IMG/VR virus record: IMGVR_UViG_3300012894_000004
Span: 9,141-73,140 of that record
Source: a virus
Length of the DNA stretch: 64,000 nucleotides
Reading direction: 5' to 3' (one strand)
Part shown: positions 9,734 to 18,890 of the stretch, in pieces
Position numbering within the stretch: the stretch's first letter is position 1
Layout of the letters: every line of letters starts with the position of its first letter
The notes under the pieces: model-generated
What the model was told of the DNA's origin: nothing
The model's input: only the letters and a program-made list of their open reading frames with translations
Database searches by the model: none
Position numbers and translations under genes: made by a program

Positions 9734-10500
9734 ATGCGCACCCTCACCCTGCCCGGCGGCACCCGCGTGCGGCTGTTTCAGTCCATTTTCGAACTCTCGG
9801 CCACCCGGCATAATGAGCTCCAGCACTGGCTGGTGCGCGGCGCCGGCATCGGCTCGGGCGTGGGCGCCATTGACCGGCATTTTTCTACCGTCACAGCCTA
9901 CCTGGCCGCGGATAAACGCGAGGAGGCCGCCGACGCGCTGGCCCTGCTGCACTACGCCTTTGCCGAAACGCTCGCGCAGTTTTCGCCCAAGCACCTGGCC
10001 TTCGGCGTGCTCGTGGCCAGCGTCGACGAGGTGCCCTGCCAGGACTTCAGCGAGCCGGGCCTCGAGGCCCTACTCGCCACGCTCAGCGAGCTGGGCCTCA
10101 CCGAGCAGATGGTAACGGCGGAAGTCGAAGACGTAAAAAAAAACTGGCAACGGAGCTAGCCACCCACTTTCCGGCCCGCTACGGCGGGGCCGAAAGCGAG
10201 CAACTGCTTTACTACCAGCAGCAGCACAAGCGCCTGCAGGCCCAGTGCGCCTGGCTGCGCACCGGCCAAGCGCAGCACCTGGCCACGGTGGCCGAAGTCG
10301 ACGCCTGGCTTTTGCAGCAGCTCACGCCCGAAATCTTCGACGAGGGCGACCCCCGCAACGTGCTCACCGAGCGGCGCCGGCGCTTCGGCCAGCTCTGCGC
10401 CGCGCTCAGCGGCCTGGGCTACCCCCGGCCCCACGAACTCACGGTTTTTGACTTCAATAGCGCGGTAGACTACTTGAATAGCAAGCAGAAGCCCAGCTAA
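9734..10500 (+). CDS. Tail assembly chaperone-like G (9734-10159) / GT (-1 frameshift, to 10500)
   Basis: A9 run 10135-10143 (A AAA AAC) just before the stop; -1 frame open to 10500. Confidence 0.7.
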
Positions 10501-10529
10501 TTTTTTCACCCTTTTCCCTCTTTTTACGC

Positions 10530-10697
10530 ATGAAGATTAGTCTTGGTCTTGTTGGTTTGTTTTTGCTAGTCGCTGCCGTGGGCATCCTCACGCAGCATGG
10601 CCACGCCACGCGCATCACGTGGTTGAGCTTGGTGCCGCTCGGCGTGTACCTGTTGGTGTGGGCTATTGCCTGGCTCGTTAGCGCGCTGCGGAAATAA
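10530..10697 (+). CDS. 55-aa two-TM membrane protein
   Basis: Manual translation MKISLGLVGLFLLVAAVGIL...WAIAWLVSALRK; TAATG coupling to next gene. Confidence 0.65.
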   Translation: MKISLGLVGLFLLVAAVGILTQHGHATRITWLSLVPLGVYLLVWAIAWLVSALRK

Positions 10698-11173
10698 TGC
10701 TGACGCTACTCTACAGCGCTTTCGGCGCCTTCTGCGGCTGGCTCGAGGCGGTACTCTACGCCCAGCGCGCGGCCGAGTCGTTCAGTTTTAACGAGCACAC
10801 CGGCATGATGGCCCAGCGCATCGCGGCCTGGCTGCTGGTGCCGGTCACGCTGCTAGCCTACCACTGGCTGGGCCTGTGGGTGCTGGCTGAGGCAGTGCCG
10901 GCGGCGCTGCTGTTTCCCTTGGTGCACGACGAGGCCTACAATTTCACCCGGCTCTGGATTAGCTGCCGCGCGCAGATGGCGGCCGACTATGAGAAAGGGG
11001 ACCGCCTGGCCTGGATTACGGCCCGGGAGCTCTACCGCTACGGCTACCAATCGCCCACGACTACCGCCCGCAACGACTTTAACGGCCGCACCCGCACGTG
11101 GTTCGCCCTGGCGGGCGGGCTGGTGCTGGTGGACCTGTACGTGTTTCCCTTTCACCCTTTTTCCCTCTTTTAA
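10697..11173 (+). CDS. Membrane protein, unknown function
   Basis: 158 aa, several hydrophobic segments. Confidence 0.65.
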   Translation: MLTLLYSAFGAFCGWLEAVLYAQRAAESFSFNEHTGMMAQRIAAWLLVPVTLLAYHWLGLWVLAEAVPAALLFPLVHDEAYNFTRLWISCRAQMAADYEKGDRLAWITARELYRYGYQSPTTTARNDFNGRTRTWFALAGGLVLVDLYVFPFHPFSLF

Positions 11174-11177
11174 GACG

Positions 11178-11360
11178 ATGGCTACCGCTCATCCCATTAC
11201 CCCGCAATTCGATAAAATCCGCGCCCTGCTCACCGATATCGAGGCTGACGTGGACAAGGCCGACAAAGGCAACCATGCCGCCGGCGTGCGCGTGCGCAAG
11301 GCCATGCAAGAGGTGAAGACCGCCGCGCAGGGCGTGCGCGAAACGCTGGTGCTGAAGTAG
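11178..11360 (+). CDS. Histone H1-like (Hc1 family) small protein
   Basis: KGNHAAGVRVRKAMQEVK matches the Hc1-family KGNxAAGxRxRK motif. Confidence 0.8.
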   Translation: MATAHPITPQFDKIRALLTDIEADVDKADKGNHAAGVRVRKAMQEVKTAAQGVRETLVLK

Positions 11361-11379
11361 CCCGCAGATTCAACGGATT

Positions 11380-11418
11380 AAAAAAGCCCAGCTAGCGCAC
11401 TGCTAGCGGGGCTTTTTT
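11380..11418. terminator. Intrinsic terminator
   Basis: AAAAAGCCCCAGCTAGC-GCACT-GCTAGCGGGGCTTTTTT. Confidence 0.8.
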
Positions 11419-11735
11419 ATTCAGTAAAAATCTTTTGCCAGTTGCTCTCCATGCCCAAAAAGGGCGCGATTTATTTTAAAATCTTTGCCCAGCGAACAAA
11501 ACAACCGGCAACTTTTCCGGCTAGCTCCGCGCCCACCGTATTTATCGGCATGATGTTTAATCTTTTCTTTTGGCGCGCCGCCCTGACTGCTGCCGCCGTA
11601 TGGTGCCTCTTTTATCCCGAGCTGTCTGGCTACCTCACCCTCGTCGGCTTTGGCTGGAATTTACTTGAGCTGCTACTTCCTGGGCCCACGCCCATACCCC
11701 CGACTATGGTGTTCAATGGTCCAGTAACCATTTAC

Positions 11736-12026
11736 CTACAGAGTGCCGACTACCGCCCGGCAAACCGCTGCCGCCGGCAGCCCCGCCGGCAGCGCGGCAA
11801 CCAACCACCAACCCGGCAGCCTGAGCATGTGCACGCACCAGGCGCCCGCGCCCAGCAGCAGCAGTACGCCCAGCCAGTACCCCGCGCAGAAGTCGCAGCG
11901 CTTCGGCAGCCACTTGGGTCCGTGCACCTCCCAGGCCTGGAGCATGCGCCACTTGGCCAGGCACACGAGCAGGGAGGCGGCGGTTAGGCCGGCGAGCAGG
12001 ACGAGCGCGAGCAGGTTGACTAGCAT
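11736..12026 (-). CDS. Membrane protein with CDFC motif (phage morphogenesis region)
   Basis: Three hydrophobic segments, CxxC...W motif. Confidence 0.6.
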   Translation of the reverse strand: MLVNLLALVLLAGLTAASLLVCLAKWRMLQAWEVHGPKWLPKRCDFCAGYWLGVLLLLGAGAWCVHMLRLPGWWLVAALPAGLPAAAVCRAVVGTL

Positions 12027-12072
12027 GAATCTCTTAGTATATATTGCGGCTGGATATTTAGCTCTGATTTAT

Positions 12073-12984
12073 ATGGCCAGCCGTGTTCCTGAAGGGCTCT
12101 TGGATTATCAACTTGTTGATTTCCGGGCAGAATTGAAAAATCGCAACTATAGTTATGACCAGACTATACGTGATTTAACGCTATTCTATGCTCAAGCGCA
12201 GGCGACAATAGCCGAAATTAGTATTATCAATCAGTTGCATGGTTTATACACAAGATTTGCGTTAGCTGACAATAAGCATAGGTTTCCTATACTGTTTGGA
12301 TACCTTCAAAAGTATGTTCCACAGCTTTATGAAAAGTTGCTCCCTGCTGCCGTCAATGCTTCTAGTGAAAGAGAGTTACTAGAGTTGAGTGAACGAATAA
12401 AAACGTTGCTTCTAACAGAATTTCAAGCAGAGATGCCCGCAGTGAACAGGTTACTGCTTAATCCTGAGTCGCTACCAGAAATACGGGCTGATTTGGGGGG
12501 GATGCAAGAATTTGTTGATTCTGTGCGCCACTCTTTAGCTACTCAGAATTGGTTTGGGGCTCTTTTCATGGCCTTGGCTTTGCCGGATATCTGTGGCGCA
12601 GTAGAGAATGGAAGGTCGACAGGCGCTCATTACCGAGATTGGTTTGATAGATATTTAAGGGATAATTATGCTCCTCCTATGGGACAGAGTGGACTAATTC
12701 CATCTCATGCATTAGCGGTAAGCTTTACAGCGCAGGATTGCTGGTTATTCAGATGTAAGGCTCTGCACCAAGGAATACAGCAGCGGGGCGAAGACCCTTC
12801 CACTAGAATAGAATTTTCTCCTACTGCTGGAGCAACTATTCATCGCAGTTCTATTAGTGGAAAGTATTGGCTTTCAGTAGGTATATTCTGTGAAGATGTT
12901 TGTAGAGCAGTTGAAAAATGGTTGGTAGATGTAGCTGGCGATGCTCAGATTCAGGAAGAGCTTCAAAAATTGATGACCATTTAG
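12073..12984 (+). CDS. Low-GC moron, HEPN-like C-terminal domain
   Basis: AT-rich, opposite strand; ALxLPDICG, YxxWF and RCKALH (Rx4H); alternative start 12025. Confidence 0.65.
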   Translation: MASRVPEGLLDYQLVDFRAELKNRNYSYDQTIRDLTLFYAQAQATIAEISIINQLHGLYTRFALADNKHRFPILFGYLQKYVPQLYEKLLPAAVNASSERELLELSERIKTLLLTEFQAEMPAVNRLLLNPESLPEIRADLGGMQEFVDSVRHSLATQNWFGALFMALALPDICGAVENGRSTGAHYRDWFDRYLRDNYAPPMGQSGLIPSHALAVSFTAQDCWLFRCKALHQGIQQRGEDPSTRIEFSPTAGATIHRSSISGKYWLSVGIFCEDVCRAVEKWLVDVAGDAQIQEELQKLMTI

Positions 12985-13562
12985 CATAGCACGTTCTGCA
13001 CGTTGAGCTCCAGAGAAATGCGAAAGGCTGCGTAGGGCGCCCGCAACACCTTCTCGGGCACTACTTCCGCCGAGAAGCCGCGAAACACGTCCTCGGGCGC
13101 CGTGAACACCCGCGTGATGAGGCTCTGGCCATCGGCGTTAAGCACGCGCGCCACGTCCTGCAGCAGCTCGGCCTCGTAGCGGTAGTCCTTGGTGGGGTCG
13201 ACTAAGGCCAGGTTGGCCCACAGGATGAAGTCCACTGGCATCGTGAAGCCCAGCGTGCCCGGCAGCGGCTCGCGCGCCGTGTTCACGGCCGGGCCGGTGG
13301 GCAGGAAAAACGACTGCGCCTGCACGTTGTCGTTGGCCAGCACGTCGCGGTACTCGCCCTGGCCATCGTACACCTGGGGGTAGGTGAGCAGCTTGCCCTT
13401 GGCTGCGCCGCCCTCGCGCCGGGTAGCGCGGTAGGCCTTGCCGTAGCTCACGGCCAGCCACGGCAGCGAGGCGGCCAGCAGCAGCTGCAGGCGCTGGATT
13501 TCGGCGTCGAAACCGGTGGCCACGGGTAGGGTCGGGGCCTTGGGGTTGGTGTAGGAAACCAT
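12981..13562 (-). CDS. Neck/tail-completion type structural protein
   Basis: 193 aa, position after head-tail genes. Confidence 0.55.
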   Translation of the reverse strand: MVSYTNPKAPTLPVATGFDAEIQRLQLLLAASLPWLAVSYGKAYRATRREGGAAKGKLLTYPQVYDGQGEYRDVLANDNVQAQSFFLPTGPAVNTAREPLPGTLGFTMPVDFILWANLALVDPTKDYRYEAELLQDVARVLNADGQSLITRVFTAPEDVFRGFSAEVVPEKVLRAPYAAFRISLELNVQNVLC

Positions 13563-13564
13563 AC

Positions 13565-13897
13565 TTAATTAGCGGTGGTGAAGGTGAGGGCTTGGCCACC
13601 GTAGCGCAGGCGGTAGCGGCGATAGGCCAGTTGCACCTCGCGGTAGTCGGCCAGAATATGGATAAAGCCGTCGTTCCAATTGAGCGTGCACATCGGCCCC
13701 GCCAGCTCAAACGTGTTGGGCGTCATCATTTCCAGCACCGACTTCACGTTTTCCCAGGCCCAGGTGCCGTAGCTGTGGCGCAAAAACTTGCGCTCAATGC
13801 CCGCGTGCACCTCCGTTTCTTCCCAGAAATTGAGGGCCGTAAATAAGGTGCCGTTGTCCAGCACCTCAAACGTGCTTTTGCTAGGTAGTTCGCTCAT
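13565..13897 (-). CDS. Hypothetical protein
   Basis: 110 aa, ATGA-coupled in operon. Confidence 0.6.
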   Translation of the reverse strand: MSELPSKSTFEVLDNGTLFTALNFWEETEVHAGIERKFLRHSYGTWAWENVKSVLEMMTPNTFELAGPMCTLNWNDGFIHILADYREVQLAYRRYRLRYGGQALTFTTAN

Positions 13898-14337
13898 AGT
13901 CCGAGGGTGCGATTGGTTTGGTACTGTAGCTCAGGCAGCAACAACTCCTGCCGAAAGTCTTCGAGGTGGGGCTCACTCACGCCCACGATGTCGGGGCCGT
14001 ATTTCTCCTCAAGTGCTGCGGTCTTCTCATCAGTGCCCACATTTTCGACCTGTTGCCCCCGCACCTGGGCCACAATGCCGCGGTAGAAGTCGCCTTTGTC
14101 GCGCAGCGTCACGCGGTCAGTGGGCTGGCCCTTCTGCTTCTTTAGCTCGCGGGTGAGGCCCGCGTAGGGCGGCTCGATGCGCTGGCCGGTGGCGTCGAGG
14201 CCCGCCTCCAACTGCTCGAGGTTGTCGAGTTCGAACTCGGTGGCGTTGTCGCGCACCACCTGGTCGAGGGTGGTGGCCAACACCTGGGGCAGGCGCTTGA
14301 GGCCAGCTGCTAGTGCGTCGAGGCGTCCGAGGCTCAT
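13894..14337 (-). CDS. Neck/virion morphogenesis protein
   Basis: PYAxxT...KGQPTDRVTLRDKGDFY motif. Confidence 0.65.
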   Translation of the reverse strand: MSLGRLDALAAGLKRLPQVLATTLDQVVRDNATEFELDNLEQLEAGLDATGQRIEPPYAGLTRELKKQKGQPTDRVTLRDKGDFYRGIVAQVRGQQVENVGTDEKTAALEEKYGPDIVGVSEPHLEDFRQELLLPELQYQTNRTLGL

Positions 14338-14696
14338 AGGTCTAAGGGGTCGAATCTGAAGCATTCCATGCCGATGCGCTGGTTGAGCTTCTCTTCGTTA
14401 TACTCTATTAAAAACAGGTCGACTTTATAGTATTCGCCTCCTACTTCCTTCCAGTAAAGCGGCCCAAAGCCCCGCACCCATTGCAAAAAATGCACGAAGC
14501 GAATACCCCGTTCGCTGCCGATGTAGAAATGCGGTGGCACTACCCCGCCGTCGGCGTAGCGGCCGCGCTTATAGGCTACCCAGCTACTGCCGCCCCCGTC
14601 CATATTTTTGAACACGAGCCGGTCGGCGGGCAGCTGGTGCTCAGGCGTGGTGGGCTCTTGGCTGGCGGTGCCCCATTCCCAGGTAGAGCGCTCCAT
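14334..14696 (-). CDS. Hypothetical protein
   Basis: 120 aa, coupled on both sides. Confidence 0.6.
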   Translation of the reverse strand: MERSTWEWGTASQEPTTPEHQLPADRLVFKNMDGGGSSWVAYKRGRYADGGVVPPHFYIGSERGIRFVHFLQWVRGFGPLYWKEVGGEYYKVDLFLIEYNEEKLNQRIGMECFRFDPLDL

Positions 14697-15853
14697 TATA
14701 CTACGCCCACCTTATACCCGCTGGGCTTTGCGCACGGCATACAGGGCGCGCCCACGCCCGAGAAATCGACCTCCAGCGCCCCGAGCGCCTTTTCCAGCTT
14801 GCTGAGCAGGCCGGGCTGGTAGTCGGGCTTGTTGTTGAGCTCGACCTGCGCCAGCACCTGCACGGCCTGGCTCACGCCGTTGTCGCGCGTGGTGTTGGCC
14901 ATCAGGCTCAGTAAGTCCACCGCCAGCTGCAGCTGCAAGGCCTCGACGAACGCCGTTTTGTAAGTGCAGAAGTAGGCGCTGAGGTCACACTGCGCCGAGA
15001 GTTGCAGGTTCAGGCCGAAGTTGCTCGAGCTGGTGTAGGTGGGCTGGCCCTCGCCGGGTAGTACGTCGGTGCCGCTAGCCGCCTGAATGGTAAAGGCGCG
15101 CACCTGCACGTACTTGGCGTACTGGTCGAAGAGCAAGTAATCGCGGCCGCAGCAGCCCCCGGTGCCGGGGCGGCTGCTGAAGTCGTGGTCTAAGTCGATG
15201 GCCTGGCCTACGAGGTCGTCTTCGAAGTAGCCCAGCCGGTACTCGCCGGGCGTGGGGCCCACCGGCAGCTCGATGGCCAGTGGGGTCCACTCGAAATACA
15301 CGGTGTCGAGGCGCGCCACATCGTACTGGGCCAGCGGCACGGTGGGCTGGCTGCTGTGGTAAAGGTAGAGCCGAAAGTGCGGGTTGCGCTCCGTGAACTG
15401 GGTGCCCAGCCCCGTCACGCGCACGGCGATGTTGGCGGCCGTGCTGGTGGGGCGAAGGGCTAGCCCCACGAAGCGGCCCTGCCGGATGATTTTGTTGCGG
15501 TAGGCGCCGCTCTGGCCCGTGAGCTTCACGTCGGCCAGCACCGCCGGGCCGCCGGCCGTGAGCTTCTTGCGGATAGCAAATGAGGTGAGCACCTTGCCCA
15601 CCGCGGCACGCCGGGCCTGCTCGAGAAAGGCGCTGAGCTGCGCGCCGGCATCGGCGCCGGCGGCCGGCATCTGGGGCGCGGCCAGCCGGATGTTTTCGAG
15701 CGTGAGCAGCGGGTGCACGTCCTGCACGGCCAGCTGGTCCTTGCTAATGAGTAGCGACTCGGCTAGCTGCGGGGCGTCGGGCGCCTCTTCAGGGGCCTGC
15801 CGGAACGCCAGCAGCGGGGCCAGGCAGGCCAGGAGTGGGGCGAGGGTGTACAT
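14696..15853 (-). CDS. Head-tail adaptor-like structural protein
   Basis: 385 aa directly after capsid; C-terminal CxxC. Confidence 0.6.
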   Translation of the reverse strand: MYTLAPLLACLAPLLAFRQAPEEAPDAPQLAESLLISKDQLAVQDVHPLLTLENIRLAAPQMPAAGADAGAQLSAFLEQARRAAVGKVLTSFAIRKKLTAGGPAVLADVKLTGQSGAYRNKIIRQGRFVGLALRPTSTAANIAVRVTGLGTQFTERNPHFRLYLYHSSQPTVPLAQYDVARLDTVYFEWTPLAIELPVGPTPGEYRLGYFEDDLVGQAIDLDHDFSSRPGTGGCCGRDYLLFDQYAKYVQVRAFTIQAASGTDVLPGEGQPTYTSSSNFGLNLQLSAQCDLSAYFCTYKTAFVEALQLQLAVDLLSLMANTTRDNGVSQAVQVLAQVELNNKPDYQPGLLSKLEKALGALEVDFSGVGAPCMPCAKPSGYKVGVV

Positions 15854-15885
15854 CAGCTTCTAACTTTTAACTATCTACCTAAGCC

Positions 15886-15916
15886 AAAAAAGGCGGGCAC
15901 AGTACGCCCGCCCTTT
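15886..15916 (-). terminator. Terminator after capsid gene
   Basis: GGGCGGGCG-TACTG-TGCCCGCCTTTTTT on minus strand. Confidence 0.7.
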
Positions 15917-15966
15917 CTGGCTATGAAAACAAACTTCGCCTTGCGGCACTGGGGAGCTGCGGCGCA

Positions 15967-17064
15967 CTAGGCGTTCAGCAGCTCGAACTTGTTGATGGGC
16001 TCGTAGCGGTTGGTGGGGTCGCTGTTGTAGGCGCCGAAAATGCAGTAGTCGCGGCTCCACTCGAACGACTCAACCATGGTGCGCGTGAGGCCCGATAAGC
16101 GGTTGGCAGCTAGCGCTGCCGATTGGTCGCCGCAGTCGGCTTGGTAGTAGAGGCCGAACTTGTCCAGGTCGGGCAGGTCCACACTCGTCCACTGCTTGAC
16201 CGGGTTATTGGGGTCGCCAATCACGCGGCCGGTGCGGCAGTCGGGGTCGAGGCGGCCGGCGATGGCCACGGAGCCCGGCAGGAAGGCGTACTCGGTGGCC
16301 GCCACGCCCACGCCCGAGTTGAGCACCCGCGGCGACTGGTAGAAGTTGCCCACCAGGCCCACCTCCCAGGCCTTGTTGGTGGCGTTGTAAGCGCCCTGGC
16401 TACTGAGGTCACGCACATCGGCCATGCCCCGCGGGTTGGTGAGAATGTCGGGGGTGAGGCCGCCGAAATCCTGCTGGGCCAGGATGGAGGTGAGGTAGTT
16501 GTAGAGCCCCATCCAGTTTTTGCGGCCGTTGCTGTCGGTCTGCACCGGCACCTGAAACGCGTTGCCGCTCTTGGCGTAGTAGGCCAGCATTTCGGCGGGG
16601 AAATACTGGTTGACGTGCAGGTTGGAAAAATCCACGCACTTGGTATCGAGCAGCGACTTGGCCGCGTTGACGCGGTTGCTGAGCTGCTGGGTGAACACGT
16701 CCTCGTAGCTCAGGTCGTTGTTGTCGAACATGGCCGGCACCATCACGAAGCCAAAGGCCAGGGTGAAGAAGGTGAAGCTTACCTGCTTCGAGTTCAGCCC
16801 GCCGGTTTGCACCGCGCAGGTGCGCACGTTGCTGATGGTCGGGTTCTCGTAATCGATGACCGAGGCCTTCACCACCTGGCCGAAGCTGTTGGTGAGCTTG
16901 TTCTGCAAGTCGGCCGTGAGCAGCGTGCGCGGGCCGGCGCTCTGGCGGCGAAACAGGTCGAGCGCCCCGTACTCGCTGGGGCGGTTTTCGTTCACGCTGA
17001 GGCTGCTGGCGCCGTTGGTGCGCAGCTCTTGCATGAGGGTGGCGACAATATTGGGGAGTGCCAT
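15967..17064 (-). CDS. Major capsid protein
   Basis: 365 aa from MALPNIV; RPSEYGALD, VIDY, FGFxMxPAMFxNN motifs recalled from Bacteroides B40-8-type capsids; follows scaffold. Confidence 0.8.
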   Translation of the reverse strand: MALPNIVATLMQELRTNGASSLSVNENRPSEYGALDLFRRQSAGPRTLLTADLQNKLTNSFGQVVKASVIDYENPTISNVRTCAVQTGGLNSKQVSFTFFTLAFGFVMVPAMFDNNDLSYEDVFTQQLSNRVNAAKSLLDTKCVDFSNLHVNQYFPAEMLAYYAKSGNAFQVPVQTDSNGRKNWMGLYNYLTSILAQQDFGGLTPDILTNPRGMADVRDLSSQGAYNATNKAWEVGLVGNFYQSPRVLNSGVGVAATEYAFLPGSVAIAGRLDPDCRTGRVIGDPNNPVKQWTSVDLPDLDKFGLYYQADCGDQSAALAANRLSGLTRTMVESFEWSRDYCIFGAYNSDPTNRYEPINKFELLNA

Positions 17065-17104
17065 GGGGCGATAAGGGAAAAAGAAAAAGGTGAAAAAATA
17101 GGCT

Positions 17105-17127
17105 GAGCAATCGTCCCTTAATCGCTC
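17105..17127 (-). promoter_or_regulatory. Leader hairpin with AAGGGAC loop (capsid)
   Basis: GAGCGATT-AAGGGAC-GATTGCTC. Confidence 0.5.
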
Positions 17128-17192
17128 GGGGCAACTTGAAAAAATGAGAAGCAGCGGACTGGCCGTCGCGTGAGCAGCCCGCTGCTGGATAC

Positions 17193-18059
17193 TTACTGCA
17201 ACTTGAGGCCCTGGCTGTGCTTGGTATAGGCCGCGTCGAACTCGGGCGTGTTTTGCTTCACGCCCAGGCCCACGAGCCACTGCATCACGCCCGCCTTGGT
17301 CGTAACCTCGGCTGGGCGGGCGTCGGGCACCACCACGTTGCCTTTGTCGTCGAGCTTGCCCTTCTCGTCGCGGCCGGCCCCGCCGCCCTGGCCCTGGTGG
17401 CCGGTGTCGAGCACATCGGTCAGCAGCTCGCGCAGGATGTGCGTGGCGTCGGCGGGCGTTTTGCCATCGGTGCCGAGAATGGTTTTGCCTTCGCGCACGT
17501 AGACTACCTGCTCGGTGCCATCGGCATTTTTTTGCAGCTTGGCCATGCCCACGATGCTAGCGGTGGCCGTGTCCACCATCACCTTGCGCACCGACTCCTT
17601 CACGGTGGGGTCGTAGCGCAACTCGCGCAGGCCCTCGCGCACGTCAAGCAGCACGTCTTTTTCGAAGAGCTTGGTTTGCAAGGTCGAAACCTGCGTTTTG
17701 TAGTCGGTCTCCTTGGCCACGAGGGCTTCGTATTGCGCCTTCAGCGTCGCATCGCCCGCGCCCTGGGCCAGCTGGCGCTCGAGCTCGGTAATCTTCTGCT
17801 GGCGCTCGGTGAGCTGCGTGCCGGCCTGGTCGCTGGCCGTTTTGTAGTGGCTGAGGGCGCGCTTCACAAACTCGTGCGTCTTCTCCTCGCCGGCCTTGCT
17901 CAGGCCCGTGAGCGTGGCCACGTCGGTGTCGATGCCATCGCGCACGGCGCGGCGGCGCTCCTGGGCCGTTTTGCTGCTGTTGACAACGTCTTTCAGCTCG
18001 GGGTTGGCGGCCACGAAGTCATCGAGTTCCTGGGCGGTAAATTTTTCAGAAAGTGCCAT
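17193..18059 (-). CDS. Scaffold protein
   Basis: Coiled-coil, charged, between portal and capsid. Confidence 0.7.
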   Translation of the reverse strand: MALSEKFTAQELDDFVAANPELKDVVNSSKTAQERRRAVRDGIDTDVATLTGLSKAGEEKTHEFVKRALSHYKTASDQAGTQLTERQQKITELERQLAQGAGDATLKAQYEALVAKETDYKTQVSTLQTKLFEKDVLLDVREGLRELRYDPTVKESVRKVMVDTATASIVGMAKLQKNADGTEQVVYVREGKTILGTDGKTPADATHILRELLTDVLDTGHQGQGGGAGRDEKGKLDDKGNVVVPDARPAEVTTKAGVMQWLVGLGVKQNTPEFDAAYTKHSQGLKLQ

Positions 18060-18074
18060 CTGAGTCTCGTTCAG
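18060..18074 (-). promoter_or_regulatory. Leader hairpin with ACGAGAC loop (scaffold)
   Basis: CTGA-ACGAGAC-TCAG immediately before ATG. Confidence 0.4.
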
Positions 18075-18170
18075 TGGGGTGGAAAGTAGAAAAACGGGAG
18101 GGGTCGAGCTGGCCCCGGCGGCTCGTCAGCCGCCGGGGCACTCGGGAAGCGGCGGGGCCGCAGGGTGGTA

Positions 18171-18890
18171 CTAGGTGGGGTTGGCTTCGAAGTGGGCGAT
18201 TGCCTCCTTCAGCTCGTCGATGGTTTTATCGGCCGGGGCTTCCTCGCCGCCGCTGAGCTCCTTGTAGCGGGCCTGGTAGTCGGGCTTGGTGCGCAGCGGC
18301 TTCTTGGCGTCAGCAGCGCCGGGCGTGGTTTTCTGGGCACCCTTTTCGGCCTCCAACTCGGCGATGCGGTCGATAAACCAGCCGAGCGTTTTATCGGTGG
18401 GGGCATCTTCCTTGGTGAGTTCCTTGTAGCGCATCTGCGCATCGTTGAGCGTGGCCAGCACGCGGGGTGGCTCGGCGGGGCTACCGGTGCGCACGTCGCC
18501 GGTTTGGTCGGCCTGCTGGCGGGCCTTGGGGCGCGGGTCGTGCAGGATGTTGACTTCGCCGTCCTCGCCCATATACTCGGCAAAGGAGTCGTTTTTCTCC
18601 ATCCGCTCAAATTCCTGCGGGCTCAAGGGCACCACCTTGGAGGTGCGGTCGAAGTCGCGTGAGCCGGGTTTGCGCACGTAAGTGGCTAGCTCGACGTGCA
18701 CGCGGCCGGCCTCATGGGCGGGCAGCTGGTAGCCTTCGCCGTCGTTGTAGGCCTTGCCCTGGGCCGTGTTGCCGGCCACGTGGTCGATGGCGCCGCGGCC
18801 GTCGCCCGAGAGCGTGGCATCGAGCTGCTGCTGCTTTAAGTCGTCGAGGTCGGCCGAATTAAGCGGCTTGGGTTTGGTGGTCGTTGACAT
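18171..18890 (-). CDS. Head-region protein with two HeH/LEM-like repeats
   Basis: RYKELxxxxAPxDKTxxxxxxxIA repeated twice. Confidence 0.6.
   Translation of the reverse strand: MSTTTKPKPLNSADLDDLKQQQLDATLSGDGRGAIDHVAGNTAQGKAYNDGEGYQLPAHEAGRVHVELATYVRKPGSRDFDRTSKVVPLSPQEFERMEKNDSFAEYMGEDGEVNILHDPRPKARQQADQTGDVRTGSPAEPPRVLATLNDAQMRYKELTKEDAPTDKTLGWFIDRIAELEAEKGAQKTTPGAADAKKPLRTKPDYQARYKELSGGEEAPADKTIDELKEAIAHFEANPT

Noticed and set aside
9706..11510. Recombinase-invertible segment explaining the plus-strand block
   Set aside because: Only a weak gapped inverted match (GCCGGTT..TTCGCTG) and no invertase nearby
11442..11987. Plus-strand membrane ORF
   Set aside because: The hydrophobic part from 11550 may be real, but the 3' half overlaps a better-supported minus-strand gene; left uncalled
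11743..12024. N-terminal part of the 413-aa ORF
   Set aside because: It is the antisense shadow of the 11736-12026 gene; the GC shift places the real start at 12025 or 12073
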